A stretch of 64,000 nucleotides of DNA from Octopus vulgaris (lineage: Eukaryota): positions 200,818,001 through 200,882,000 of the forward strand of contig OX597815.1 in the NCBI GenBank assembly GCA_951406725.2. The letters are read 5' to 3'. Made by a program: the position numbers and the translations under genes. Numbering within the stretch: position 1 is the stretch's first letter; each line of letters begins with the position of its first letter. The notes under the pieces were generated by a model, which saw only the letters and a list, made by a program, of their open reading frames with translations, was not told where the DNA came from and ran no database searches. Positions 1 to 14,216 of this stretch are shown here, piece after piece.

Positions 1-1779
1 ACTCTTATTAGCATAACACATGTATCATAGGTCCAGTCTCCATAAAAGGTCTTTAAATTCTTATTGACCCTTAGTAAAACACGCAAGAAATCTTCAACTC
101 ACTCATAATATTTACTTTTGGCAGGAGACAAAAATGTTTGCTTCAACACTTAAAACATGCACAACATGTTTTAAAATAGCCACCAAATGGCGGAAGGCTA
201 AAGTCACTTTCCTTCTAAAGAAAAATGGCATCACTATATACTTTGGTAATAACCGGTTCGTATTTCAAGTGAAAGAGGCTTTTTGATAGAGGACCATTAG
301 TTTGTATTGCATGCGTAGTGAATGATAGCCGACAGGAAGGGACACTTCGTGCATTTCGGACAGGTTCTATATTTATGTTTACTACATTTTTGGTTACAAA
401 GACATTCTGCGGAAAGTATATTGTACAAAGTAATGTTACCATCATGTTGCCTTCAATTTCTTCGTCTTTGCTGCCATCACATTAGTCAAATTATTGTGAA
501 GATTCGTTTTTCTCAGTGCGCATTTGCTTACACATTATCAACGCCGGTATCCTGTGCACAAATAGAAATTCTTTCATTGTTGCAGATGAAATTTCAGAGC
601 AACAGAAACTATTTCATTCTATGTGAAATGAGTGGAAACGTGCACAAACGAGAATGTATCTGAAGCCAACGTAGGAAGTAAAAAGTTACAATGTGAGATG
701 CAGAATTTGCGATAAAGTAGAATTAAATTATCTGCTCGAAACAAAATCTAGAAAGTATTAAATTAATCCCATAAACAGAGATGCTAGTTGTCATACCAAC
801 GTTACCGGTCACAGAGTAGTACTAATAAGAGAGGTCAAGTGGCAGAAAGAAATCAATACTGCAATCTGGGGAAGAGAATAGCAGAGGCGGTAAACACATG
901 TATCGCCTTCATCGGGTATTATATTTTGATTGTGTACTGTATGGAATACCTAAAGAAATTTAAGATAATAGTTTCTATAAAAAAAAATTAATTGTAATGG
1001 GAGAGGTCACGCAAAGCAGGCATGGGTTGTAAAGAATTACAGCAATTGAAGGTAATGTTCCTATGAAAGCATACCAACGACGGAAAGTTTATAAACGTAC
1101 AGCATGTTTAAGGAATCACGTGTTGTTATGACGTACCTCGACTAAATACACACACTTGCATACAACACAGAGTCAAGTTAGCCTTTTATCCCCAAACAGT
1201 AATTTCTAAAATAATCTAAATATCTATTTCGCGTAATTCTATTATATCAGTTTCTTTATCGAACGTAATATCAGTGGTTTTAATTGAGTTATTTCTCTCT
1301 CAATCCGTTGTGATATATTTTTTCTTATTCGAATACTATGTTTATTTCCCTCAAAAAAATAATAAGCCATATATATCGAGGATTTCAGTTATCTGCAGCT
1401 TAACATTTCAAATTTATACTCATAATAATGCTTACTGTCATATTAAAATTCATAAATTCATGTTTTGACATCCAATTACTGCCAGGTAGTAAAATGTTGT
1501 TGTAAAAAATTTTCGTATATATATATATATATAAAATTATAAAAATATAAAAAACATAAAAATATAAAAAAAAGTAAAAAATAAAAAATAATAAATAATA
1601 AATAAAAAACTAAAAATAAAAATTAAAAAAATATAAATAAATATTAATAAAATAAAAAAATAAATAATAAAATAAAATAATAATAAAAATATATATATAT
1701 TTATAATTTATTTATTTATTTATATTTTTTATATATTTTTTAATTAATTTTATTTCTATGTATCGGCTTATGATTTTCA

Positions 1780-3540
1780 ATGTTTTATTTGCCTAATAGT
1801 GGTTTTATCTCTAAGTTAATATAATATATACATATATATATGATCGTTATAATCCTTTCTATTTCTCGGATTTGCAAAATAGCAAGTTTAATGTAGCATT
1901 TTTGGCTTTTACGTATTATTCATGGGTAATATTACTAGACTTTAAGTGTAACACTTCCAGAATAGCCTTTTTCTGATCGATGCATGATACTTAGATGAAG
2001 GTGATATTTTCGCTGACATGAGGCTTCACAGAATGCATTCTATGATTCTGTTCGTGGGTGTTTGTTTTGATCATTTATCATTTTGATAATCTCGAAATGC
2101 GGTGTCTATAAAATTCGATGAAAATATATTACTGTTTCTCCGTGGGTTTCTAGTTTCTACCTGTGATATTCGCGCATTGTTTCTTGCGACATTTATCTAT
2201 TGTTTTCGGATAATTCATTGAATCAAGAAATATACTTTCAATAATTCATTGTGTGCACCGCTGAGCAGTTCGAAAATTTAACATTGCTAATTTTTAACAA
2301 TATATTTATATTACGTAGACCTGTAACACATATTGAATATCATCTTCATTTTCCTTTTTACATGTTTTTCAAGTATTTTCCCAGTCTTCCTTTAAATCCA
2401 GATGTTTTTATATCAGCTTGAGATGAGTAATTTTTTTTTCTCTCTGGTAATTTCCATAGATGTTTTACCTACTGTTTGTATCCTCCTCGTCATACAAATA
2501 TATCGTGGATGCTTCTGTAAGTCCACGTGATCTAATTTGAAATTTCTTCTTTCTTTGTCAATTTTATGTCTTGTAGTTATTATCATGCCAGTTGACATTC
2601 GTCCGTGCAAATATATTTCGATTTTATTCTCCGAAATATTCTCGTAAATTTCATAATTATGTATGCTATGTTTAGAATAATAACATATTAATTCATTTTC
2701 ATATTCCGGAGGATTCCAAGATGAATATTTAATTGCTGGTATATTTCTGCACCGAAATAGAACCTCATCTCTTTAGGAATATGTTCATTACAAAATTGAT
2801 ACCCCTTAGAAATTTTGAGACATCACGGTGTTTCGAACTCGTTTTATGTCTTCCTCAGTCAGACCGATAACACCAACAAGTACACGAACACTTGTGTACA
2901 AGAATAATAAAAACGGATTATTTGCTAATGCGTGCTGATGTATGCTAAACAAATGATTCATTGGGTGTTCGTAGTACAGCGAGAATTCAATCAGATATTC
3001 ATGTTCGAATTTTCTTCCGCGTAATTCCGATCACAATTTGATAGATATGCTGTCGTTTGATAATTGAAACTTTTTGATTTTTGTTTGGTTGTTCTCGAAT
3101 TGCTAACCTTATCGACATGATTTATATTCTGATTAAGTAAAACTTTGCATTCTGCAATTAGGTTCTTTAAAATTTAGTTTGTATGCTTTATGTGTATGTT
3201 CGTTAAGTAATCTTGTTTATGTACACCATTAATATCCCTAATTTTTATTTGTTTGTTGCATCATTAGCTAGCTAGGTTCTTTATGTGCACGTGATGGTTG
3301 TTCAATTTGCTGTAGATTAAATCTCATAAACATGAACGTTTGTATATTGCAACGAATGTAATAGAGGAAGGTGTTTCATCTGTATGTAGAAATTGTATAC
3401 ATTTTGGCAATGCGAAGTTAGGAGCAAATACCATCTCACCATTCGTATTATATCAATAAATGATGATGGTTTTGTTGATGCTAAAGTAGAATTTAGCATT
3501 AACCTGTATAGATTAATATTTTGATACATTGTGATAGATA
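1780..3540 (-). mobile_element. Highly decayed Penelope-like element remnant
   Basis: Minus-strand fragments resemble PLE RT (SLQYTNV near 3340, cf. SLYTNVP) and GIY-YIG (RYICMTRR, cf. YIGxT). Contains a hammerhead-like motif at 2816-2861 and abuts (TA)n tracts. Many stops. Confidence 0.35.
2816..2861 (-). ncRNA. Degenerate hammerhead ribozyme motif
   Basis: Reverse complement reads TGA-CTGAGGA-AGAC...GTTC-GAAAC-ACCGTGAT-GTC-TCA. Stem I is TGA/TCA; stem II is weak. Confidence 0.4.
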
Positions 3541-3545
3541 ACTAG

Positions 3546-3547
<2 letters not shown>

Positions 3548-3609
<62 letters not shown>

Positions 3610-3731
3610 AGAGAGAGAGATTGATAGATAGTTAGCTAGCTAGATAGATGGATAGATAGATAGACAGACAGATAGATAAACAGATAGATAGATAAATAGC
3701 TAGATAGATAGATAGATAGATATATATATAT

Positions 3732-3769
<38 letters not shown>

Positions 3770-3800
3770 TGATAGATAGGTAGGTAGAAAGATAGTTAGA
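3548..3800. repeat. Compound (TA)n/(GA)n/(GATA)n microsatellite
   Basis: Directly visible. Confidence 0.95.
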
Positions 3801-4378
3801 TACATAAATGGGTGGTTAGATCCAACAGCGTTAAAATAAAAACGTATACTCCATCCTGTGAGAGATGAATATCAATTTAATACACGTACCAAATGAGGAA
3901 CTAATACTTTCATTCTTTTATGATACAAGGACATGTAGAGTTATAAAACACTATGTATCTCTAAGCAGTTTTCCAACCTCTGTTTATGCGTAATTTTTAA
4001 TGCATAAACAGAGCCTGAAAGATATCTTGGTTATACATGGCGTACTTTATAAATGTACGCATTTAACATTCAAGCATGTAGCTATTAGCAACCTTTTCTG
4101 TATCTGTATGAAATAGATATTGTCATGTCTGGAAGTTTGAAACAGAGGTCTGAAAATTAGAATTTTTATATTAAATGCACAGAGATATTTTAAAGCTAAA
4201 CAATTCGGTCTAGAACAATATTTGTGGTCTCGCCTATTTTGTTTTCTTTTAGATGCTCAATTATTGGATAATATATTAGGTAAGTATATATCATAGATGT
4301 ATATATTTGAATAGAATCGCAAACGGGCGAAACAATTTTAACACTTAAAGAATGTTCCAAACGTTTGGCCATCTCTGT

Positions 4379-4457
<79 letters not shown>

Positions 4458-4459
<2 letters not shown>

Positions 4460-5289
4460 TTATAAAATGAGATAGGGGTTGAAAATTCAACCCACCATGG
4501 GATAATATATATCCAATATACTGCTAGATAGGTACCCAACAAAATTAATACATAGATGTTAGAAATTGTCAAGCAATCAGTTCATCTATTGTATTAAATG
4601 GGTAAGGGTAATAATATTACCGTAAATTAATACTACAAAATTAGAGAATGGAGAAACATACTTAAATCAATAAAACATCAACTATCCGATGATACTCAAT
4701 CCATACTTTAATACACCATTACATAGGAGTAAAGGCAATATATAAAATGAAATGAGATATACAGTAATAGTAAAAGTAAAAAGATAAAGAGATATAAGTA
4801 AAAAATTACAAATACAATATGCAAATAAATCAAAACTGACAGCTGTTTCGGCAGTGAGGACAGTCATACCTCATTTAACCTATAAGCCATAAAGGCAGGT
4901 ATAAATGAGGCATTAACATAGATGCCCCAGGCCTCTTCAGAGAATTAAATTAAATTTGTTATAATAGTGAAAAATATTATATAATCATATACATATAAAT
5001 ATAAAAATATAAAAAGTAAAATATAAAAACTTATACATCATAATGCTACACTTGTATAATATAATACACATTTGTACAAAAAGGAAGGTAACCAGAACAA
5101 AATAAAACAAAATATATAACAGTGTATATATAATATTAATAAGTACCGATATCATACATATTTAGCTAATAGTTTTTTTTATAAAAAAAAGGGCTAACAC
5201 ATATGGAGATGAAAAATAATAATAATAATAATTAAATCCGTGGTACAGTTCATAAAATTCTAAAGCTATAAAAGTTAATAAAAATTACT

Positions 5290-5323
<34 letters not shown>

Positions 5324-5409
5324 GTAATAATAATAAAAAATAATAAAAATAGATACAGTTAAGTTATCACCAAGTCCATCCTTCCAAGATCGAATTTTAT
5401 TATTATTAC

Positions 5410-5446
<37 letters not shown>

Positions 5447-6096
5447 AGTAATTTTTATTAACTTTTATAGCTTTAGAATTTTATGAACTGTACCACGGAT
5501 TTAATTATTATTATTTTTCATCTCCATATGTGTTAGCCCTTTTTTTATAAAAAAACTATTAGCTAAATATGTATGATATCGGTACTTATTAATATTATAT
5601 ATACACTGTTATATATTTTGTTTTATTTGTTCTGTGTTACCTTCCTTTTTGTACAAATGTGTATTATATTATACAAGTGTAGCATTATGATGTATAAGTT
5701 TTTATATTTTACTTTTTTATATTTTTATATTTATATGTATATGATTATATAATATTTTTCACTATTATAACAAATTTAATTTAATTCTCTGAAGAGGCCG
5801 TGGGGCATCTTTGTTAATGCCTCATTTATACCTGCCTTTATGGCTTATAGGTTAAATGAGTATGACTGTCCTCACTGCCGAAACAGCTGTCAGTTTTGAT
5901 TTATTTGCATATTGTATTTGTAATTTTTTACTTATATCTCTTTATCTTTTTACTTTTACTATTACTGTATATCTCATTTCATTTTATATATTGCCTTTAC
6001 TCCTATGTAATGGTGTATTAAAGTATGGATTGAGTATCATCGGATAGTTGATGTTTTATTGATTTAAGTATGTTTCTCCATTCTCTAATTTTGTAG

Positions 6097-6097
<1 letters not shown>
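4458..6097. mobile_element. PLE pseudo-LTR in inverted (palindromic) arrangement; arms about 4632-5338 and 5395-6097
   Basis: Near-identical inverted arms of about 700 bp (mirror ORFs 4682..4867- and 5856..6047+ give the same peptide). Hammerhead motif in each arm; (TA)n on both flanks. Confidence 0.75.
5787..5893 (+). ncRNA. Hammerhead ribozyme motif with long branched stem II (mirror copy about 4836-4942, minus)
   Basis: CTGAAGA(5789)-GGC...GCC-GAAAC-AGCT-GTC(5891). Stem III is the palindrome ACAGCTGT; internal hairpin CTCATTTA/TAAATGAG; stem I only 2 bp. Confidence 0.6.
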
Positions 6098-6159
<62 letters not shown>

Positions 6160-6164
<5 letters not shown>

Positions 6165-6807
6165 AAAATGCAGAGGTTTATAAAGGTGTTTATTGACTTC
6201 ACCTGTTTCACATATTCAATAAAAGATTTTCAAAAGAAAAATGTAAGGCTTTGTGTAGGCTTTGTTGTGTTAAAACATGGTTAACATATATGTATTACAA
6301 TACAGTGATACAGTCTTTGGCAATGATAAGAAAATGTTAAGAAATAGAATATTTGACAACGATAAGAAAATGGTGAGAGCGGATTTTTGTCTGAACAGTT
6401 TACATAACAGTATTCAAAATAGGTAGTAAAATAAATTTATAAGTTCACAAAAATCCTGATTGTATAGAAGCATGTACGCAGAAAAAAAAAATGTAGACAT
6501 TATTTGATAAGTGAAAGTGTGCATTGCTTAGTCAAAATTTCATCGGAAATCATATTTAAGTATTTATACAGAATTTAAGAGGCAGAAGCAACATTTTTTC
6601 CTTCGTCTCTTGTCTTCTTTGTGTGTTTGGCAAATATGGTTGCTATTTTTAAAAATAGTATAGAGGTTGGTTGGTGGGGAAGCATTCACATAGTTTGTGG
6701 AATCAAAAGGATTTTTTTTATTTGTGGGCCAGTGTCATGGTACAGTGGTTTTTGGACTGGTCTTAGAGTTCAAGATAGTGTGAATGGGTGTGCACGGTTC
6801 TATGTGG

Positions 6808-6871
<64 letters not shown>

Positions 6872-9690
6872 TTGCGTATGTGTGTGTGTCTTTTTTACTG
6901 GTCTTAGAGTTCAGTGTGGTGTCAGTGTGTATGTATTGGCCTCTGTATGAGTGTGTTTTATATTCATATATGTGCACGTTTGTGTGTGTGTGTGTCTGTC
7001 TGTGTTTGTTTGTCATGTTATAATTCTCCGGGTGGTGTGTGTGTGTACATTCGTATGTGTGTGAGGGTGCATATGTATGTATGTGAGTGCATGAGTTGTA
7101 CTTGTCTGGGTTTCCGTGTGTGTCCGTATGTACTACGTTTATCAGGGCTGTGTAATTGTGTGTGCGTATGTGTATGCGTGTGTGCAGTCACAAAATCTTC
7201 CGGAGTTTTGTTCCTGCCTTTTGTAGGGTTTTATTGCTTTTATTGCGTACCACTGAGTCGTCGTTATTTCGAGCCTAAACTTGTCAAACCAATAAATTAA
7301 TATCCTCTCAAAAGGATTGAAATTCACTCCAACAGCAAAATACCTACAAAAGGCAGTAACAAATCTCTCGATAAATTTTGTGACTACATATCAAACTTCC
7401 TTTATAGTGAACTGCCACAACCTGAACCCAACAGTAAAAGGAAAAATATCCTGATTCAAAAATACAGACCACAACACAACATACTCTAACATCTAACGCA
7501 AAAACACAATACCTCTACTCCCCCGGTACATATCCACAACAAACACATGCAGGAATATACACAGATAAGACACAAGCAGGAACATACACACAAATAAAAT
7601 GCAACCCCCACACAAATACAATGGAACCCCACACATACATGCACAAACAAAATATACCTGCGCTTGAGCACAAGCCCACACACCTGCCAAGGAAAACACA
7701 CAGACACACATATATACACATGCAATACAATTCTAGCCATCAACCATCACTCACAGACATTCACACACATACACATACATGCACAAATTTACACACACCA
7801 CCCTGACAATTACAAGACACACTCAAAACAACAGACCGACACACACACACACAAACATACAAATACCACACAACCCCCACACGCATATATACACACAAAC
7901 GTACACACACACACACAAACACGATATGCCTATACCCCAGTAAACACACAAATTCAAAGAAAATGCACCCACATGAATACACGCAATGTAATCCCAACAA
8001 TCACAGCCAACACTCACAGACACACACATACACACATACATACACACACAGCCACGTACACGCATACAATAACACATACCAACCTGACAAGACACACTCA
8101 CACAAGCACACCCACACTTATACACATACACTGCACGAACAATATACATAGGCGCAGGAGTGGCTGTGTGGTAAGTAGTTTGTTTACCTACCACATGGTT
8201 CCGGGTTCCGTCCCACTGCGTGGCAAATTGGGCAAGTGTCTTCTGCTATAGCCCCGGGCCGACCAATGCCTTGTGAGTGGATTTGGTAGACGGAAACTGA
8301 AAGAAGCCTGTCGTATATATGTATATATGTATTGATATGTATGTGTGTGTTTGTGTGTCTGTGTTTGTCCCCCTAGCATTGCTTGATAACCCCGTCACTT
8401 AGCGGTTCGGCAAAAGAGACCGATAGAATAAGTACTGAGCTTACAAAAAATAAGCCCCGCGGTTGATTTGCTCGACTAAAGGCAGTGCTCCAGCATGGCC
8501 GCAGTCAAATGACTGAAACAAGTAAAAGAGTAAAGAGTATAATACACTCTCAATAATACACCGAAATATGCGCACACACAACACATAACATAGCACACAC
8601 ATATACACACTTCGGCACAACAAATATATCACACAAACATACACATACACCCGAAAACTATATAAAGCACACATACATACAAACACACTCACAAACACAC
8701 ATTCAGTACAAACACGCACAGTACGTACATGTACACACACACGCACACACACACACACACCACCCTGATAAACGTAACACACACGATCACACGGTATCCC
8801 CCAGACAAATACAACTTACTCACACACACATACATACTCATACACATACACACTCATACGGATGCACAACCACACACGCAGACTTACACATACACACACT
8901 TTGAACAAACGCATATAAAAAAAACATACACACACAAACGTGCACACATATAAATATAAACACACACATACAGAGGCCCATAAATACATACTGACACCAC
9001 ACTGCACTCTAAGACCAGTCAAAACAACCCCCCCACACACACATACACAATCAGATATATATAACACGCATTCACACAGACATTCACACTGTCTTGAACT
9101 CTAAGACCAGTCCAAAAACCACTGAACCATGATAGACTAGCCCAGAAACAACAAGAATCCTTTTGATTCCACATACTATGTGAATTCTTTCCCCACTGAC
9201 CAACCTCACGTACTTTATTTTAAAAATAGCACCATCCTTGCCAAATACACATACAGGACTGGAGATGAAAGAAGAAAGTTTGCTCCTGTCCCTAGAATTC
9301 TGTATAAATCCTTAAATATGATTTCCGATGAGGTTTTGATAAAGCAATACACTCTTTCTAATATCAAATATTGTCTACAAATTCTTTCTGTATACAGGCT
9401 TCTATACTGTCCTTATTTTTGATGAACTTATAAAGAATTATGAATTTATTTTACTACCTATTTGGAACACTTTTATGTAAACTGTCTAACCAAAACCCGC
9501 CCTTAACATTTTCTGTTTCTTAACAATTTCTTATCATTGCGTAAGACTGTATCACTGCATTTTAATACATCTATGATAACCATTTTTAAAACAACAAAGC
9601 CTTAAATTTTACTTTCGAAAATCTTTTATTAAAATGTGAAACTGGTCAAGTCAATAAACATCTTTAAAAGACGTCTGCCGTTTCAAATCC
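6160..9690 (+). mobile_element. Internally deleted Penelope-like element with inverted terminal regions (about 6160-6990 and 8920-9690)
   Basis: Diverged inverted repeat, e.g. GGACTGGTCTTAGAGTTCAAGA versus TCTTGAACTCTAAGACCAGTCC. Positions 7305-7334 encode LSKGLKFTPT, matching the conserved PLE ORF motif LSKGLxFxP. Interior is CA-rich low complexity with a SINE insertion. Confidence 0.65.
8150..8537 (+). mobile_element. Octopus tRNA-derived SINE, family A
   Basis: Head GGCGCAGGAGTGGCTGTGTGG...GGTTCCGTCCC (A/B-box-like), internal (TA)/(TG) tract, tail GACTGAAACAAGTAAAAGAG. Five copies in the window. Confidence 0.9.
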
Positions 9691-9818
9691 TCTTTCCCTC
9701 TTTCCTGTAAATTTTCACTCGTGCAATATTTTACTTTGTTATACATACATACATACATTCATTCATACATACATACATACATACGTACATTCATTCATAC
9801 ATACATACATACATACAT

Positions 9819-9868
<50 letters not shown>

Positions 9869-12041
9869 ATATAAATCACTAACAATATACTCAACTAGGA
9901 CCGAGGAATTTCTTAGATGTATTTACGTATATCCAACTGCGAAAAGGACTACCTCGGTTGACACTCGGTAGCTGCAAGCTGCGAACGTCCTCCGCAGGCA
10001 CACTACAGGGGATATTAATTTTGAAATATATCGGACATGCGGTCGTATTATTTATTTGTCTAAGTAAATAATTTCTCCTTCTTTCATATTACCAAATTAT
10101 CGTTCCTAGCTTTTGCAAAATAGTATGTGTTTCTACAAATACACAGTTCATTATTGTTGTTTGTTTACATACATTCTGTAATTGGATATTTTCCTTTACA
10201 AGTATGAACGGATATTAAACATTATGAAGCGAATGCAATCGTGCTTATTCATTGATTTAATCGATAATTCTCTCCAATTAATTGTATACGACAGCTATAT
10301 GCATACTGTTCTGTGATTGTTAGATTTAATATGTTTACAAATAAATGTCATTCTTAATATTTGCGGATGTATATGAAGCATTTTAGCACACATGACTGAA
10401 ATCAAACTTGGTCCCTACGGTAACATATATTTTACACATTATATGGCGACATATTGAACATATAGCAAAGAATGAATGGAATTATACCTATCTGTTTTCT
10501 TTGCTAATTCGGAATTAATTTTCTGCATTGCTTAATTAAGGATGTAATTTTTACTCTACCAATACCCGTTTATGACATTGCTCAAAATACGTTTCATAGA
10601 AGGGATGTACTGTAAGCGACGTGCGAAAATCTTATACAGAATGTGACTAAATGTTATTATGTCGTTACGAGTCACATCTCAAAGTGGAATATCACACTTG
10701 AAATAACTGATGTGTGAGATCATTATGCTCAAACACTTCCTGAAATTCATTTGATAAGAGTTGTACAATAAATTAAGGTTAAAGAAGCAAGCTATTTTGG
10801 AACTTTGCACTTCGCGTATATAAGATGAAATTTAATTAATATTAACTATTACGCTAGACGCTTTTTCACCTCTTCACATACATAATTCTACATTAATTAG
10901 TTAATATTTTTCAGATTCTCTCCCGCCAGGTCTGATCTGATTAAAGCATTTAACTAGAATTTCCATCACAATTTTATATTTTTTAGTAACTACATATATT
11001 TTCTCAACAAAAAAATGTGAATTTAGAATTAACTGATACATAGACTATAGGATATTTCATCGAAATGTTGGGCAACTATAAATTAAAATATGAGACCATA
11101 GGGAATACATTCCAATGGCGCAAATTGTTCATCATTTTCATGTTAATTAAATAAGATGTAAGGGATCAGTAATGAGATTAATTTGATAAAGATTAAGCGA
11201 AATTACGTTAGAAATTATAAAATGAACATCGGCTCGGTTAAACTAATGCAATGCAAAATTCCGTATGTATGTTATAAAGAATAAGTGACGTCTAATTGCG
11301 CAGCTTCTGCCCAACATATTTCTCCTAGTGTGCATAAAAAGCGGCAAACTTTGAAATGCATGCAATTAAAATTGTTAAATATTGCATACAAAATATTTAA
11401 GTTCGCAATTTCTTTAATGCTATTGTGTATTTCATACTATTGTTTGTAACATTCTGCCATTTTTCATTTGTTCTTTAGCTTCACATTGCTAAACCATGAC
11501 CTTGAATGTAACAAAATTAAGTATATTATTAGCGGAGAAAAAGTAATATGTTTGGTTGCCTGAATAGATAAATAAAATAGAAAATCAGTATCTAATATAA
11601 CACTACATATGTTTGGAGGCAGACAACAATATGATAAATATTTTTTCCACAGTGAATCTGAACACGAGTTTATTAGCTACTTTCATTTAAGTAGCATTTT
11701 TTTCTGTAATTTCATTTTCTAGCGAATCATGAAATAACAAACAATTGAATAGAGACAGCTAATAATAAATGAGAAAAAAAACTAAAGAAGCATCAGACTT
11801 AAGGCATTGCATCATAAGTGATCACGTTCATATTCTTTATGCACACACGATCACTCAGCCAATTTATCACATATGTTATTGAAACTATTTCAATACGCAA
11901 TGTTTCAGATATACACGCTGACAAACAGGCGTGCACACACATATACATATACTTAATATACATGCATATAAATGTTTACATATGTGCATAGAAACATATG
12001 TATATATGTATGTGTCTGTATATGAGTGTATGTGTGTGTGA

Positions 12042-12076
<35 letters not shown>

Positions 12077-12370
12077 AGTGTGTGTGTGTGTGTGTATGTT
12101 TGTTTATCTATAAGCAATAATGAATACGATAATTATATCCCTCTTAACGCATACAGGCACTCTCAACCACACACATACGTATTTATATATATATATATAT
12201 ACATATATACACAGGCACGCACACACATATATACAAACACATAGGCACACGCAAAAAAAAACACGTAAATTTTTATATCTATCTATGTACAGGTTGTCTC
12301 AAAAATATGTATCTACGGTATAACTGTTGATGACACACGGAGTCCGTTGCTCTAATCATAGCGACGTATA

Positions 12371-12752
12371 GGAGCACTCCGTCGGTTGCAACGACGAGGG
12401 TTCCGGTTGATCCGATCAACGGAACAGCTTGCTCGTGATATGAACGTGCAAGTGGCTGAGCACTCCACAGACACGTGTACCCTTAACGTAGTTCTCAAGG
12501 AGATTCAGCGTGACACAGAGTGTGACAAGGCTGGCCCTTTGAAATACAGGTACAAGAGAAACAGGAAGTAAGAGCGAGAGAAAGTCGTGGTGAAAGAGTA
12601 CAGCAGGGTTCACCACCATCCCCTGCCGTAGCCTCGTGGAGCTTTAGGTGTTTTCGCTCAATAAACACTCACAATGACTTGTCTGGGAATCGAAACCGCG
12701 ATCCTCCGACCGCGAGTCCGCTGCCCTAACCACTGGGCCATTGCGCCCCCAC
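12371..12752 (-). mobile_element. tRNA-headed SINE, family B, full length with 13-bp target-site duplication
   Basis: A box TGGCCCAGTGG and B box GGTTTCGATTCC on the minus strand. ATAGCGACGTATA is duplicated at 12358-12370 and 12755-12767. Confidence 0.9.
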
Positions 12753-13179
12753 AAATAGCGACGTATAACAAGCCTTGTGTAAACATCTAACACGATCTAA
12801 AGTCTAGCCCTGTATCTTGTTTTCTGTGGATGGGCGAGCGGAGTCTTTAAGAAGGGATGGTATCTCAAATTTAAGCCCTCTAAATTCACGAACTATACGG
12901 GAATGATATCCAGACTTAATACTCGTCGCCGGAATTTAAAAAAAAATATCAAAGGTTATTTATTAATACAAAACTCAGTATCGGTAATTTCATACACCGA
13001 TTAAAGATAACCCAAGGTCATCACAATCATTCCTTAATAAAGCCATCCTAAACTAAAACTTTCGTACATGGCGTGATTAGAGTGGAGATGTAAGTTGTCT
13101 TCCCTTTTCCTTGTTTTACGACCGTAATTTTTATTTTCTTTATTTACGCCTTTTAATGTCCATCAAATAATCATTTTTT

Positions 13180-13313
13180 TTTTCACATTTGTTTCGCTTA
13201 AAACCTGCCTGATTACCCCATTCGTAATCCCGAAAAACATCGTGACCATCGGTCCAGCCGCTTGATTGTGAAGAGGGTACAAACAGACAGACGGACATAA
13301 CACACATTATAAT
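13180..13313 (-). mobile_element. Possible non-autonomous Helitron-like 5' fragment
   Basis: CATCGGTCCAGCCG...ACAAACAGACAGAC...ATAATA resembles the subterminal pattern of non-autonomous Helitrons and the end of the 49417 element. Confidence 0.3.
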
Positions 13314-13391
13314 AAGCTGTTGTCATCCTCCGATTATTTAGGGAATGAAATCGTTGTTTTCTACAATCTCGTTTATGGAAATCTTTCCTTG

Positions 13392-13768
13392 CTCTTTTAC
13401 TCTTTTATGTGTTTCAGTCATTTGACTGTGGCCATGCTGGAGCACCGCATTTAGTCGAGCAAATCGACCCAGGACTTATTCATTGTAACCCTAATAATTA
13501 GTCTATCGGTCTCTTTTGCCGAACCACTAAGTAAACTCACCAGCATCGGTTGCCAAGCGATGTTGGGGGGGACAAACACAGACACACAAATATATACATA
13601 TATACGACGGTTTTCTTTCAGTTTCCGTCAACCAAATCCACTCACAAGTCTTTGGTCGGCCCGAGGCTGTAGTAGAAAGCACCTGCCCAAGTTGTCACGC
13701 AGTGGGACTGAACCCGGAACCACGCGGTTCACAAGCAAGCTATTTACCACACTGGCACTCCTACGCCT
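13392..13768 (-). mobile_element. Octopus SINE, family A
   Basis: Reverse complement of the 8150 family. Confidence 0.9.
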
Positions 13769-14216
13769 ATCCTTGTTTATCTTCTTTCTAAAGATTCATC
13801 AAAATCTCTTGTTGTTAGTACTGCACAGATTTAAATTGAATTTTAACCAGCTTTAGAGAAAAGTTCTTATCTAGTTGATTGCAACTCTTTGTACGGTTCC
13901 AATAAACATTGTTGACTAATTCATTTATTTGGTGTGCACCTGTTACGTGAAATTTTCTGATTCTCAACGTTTCCATATTTGCTGTTTGCTTTGTGTGTTT
14001 CTTCGTAAATTCTTCTAAGTGCTCTATTGCAAATTCCGACAATATTCCTGCGGTATTGTATATTTATCAGTTAGATTGTGTAAATACTAGCCCCAATCAC
14101 GCAAGTGTATGGTTTTAATATCTATTTGAATGCACATACACATGCGCACGCTCGTGCGCATACACACGCACGTGAAAACACACATACACCCACACAAACA
14201 AACGCACACACATATG

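Noticed and set aside
200-720. Minus-strand fragments faintly like a P-element/THAP9 transposase (ALKFH, PVGYH, SDA)
   Set aside because: Motifs are too short and the frames too broken to support a call.
1516-1760. A-rich then T-rich quasi-palindromic low-complexity stretch
   Set aside because: Begins in (TA)n and contains another short (TA)n at the A-to-T switch; looks like a degraded or mis-called (TA)n hairpin rather than a defined element.
7486-9067. Many overlapping His/Thr- or Cys/Val-rich ORFs up to 195 aa
   Set aside because: Translations of CA/TG low-complexity sequence.
12680-12752. tRNA-like sequence
   Set aside because: It is the head of a SINE and lacks a complete acceptor stem; not called as a tRNA gene.
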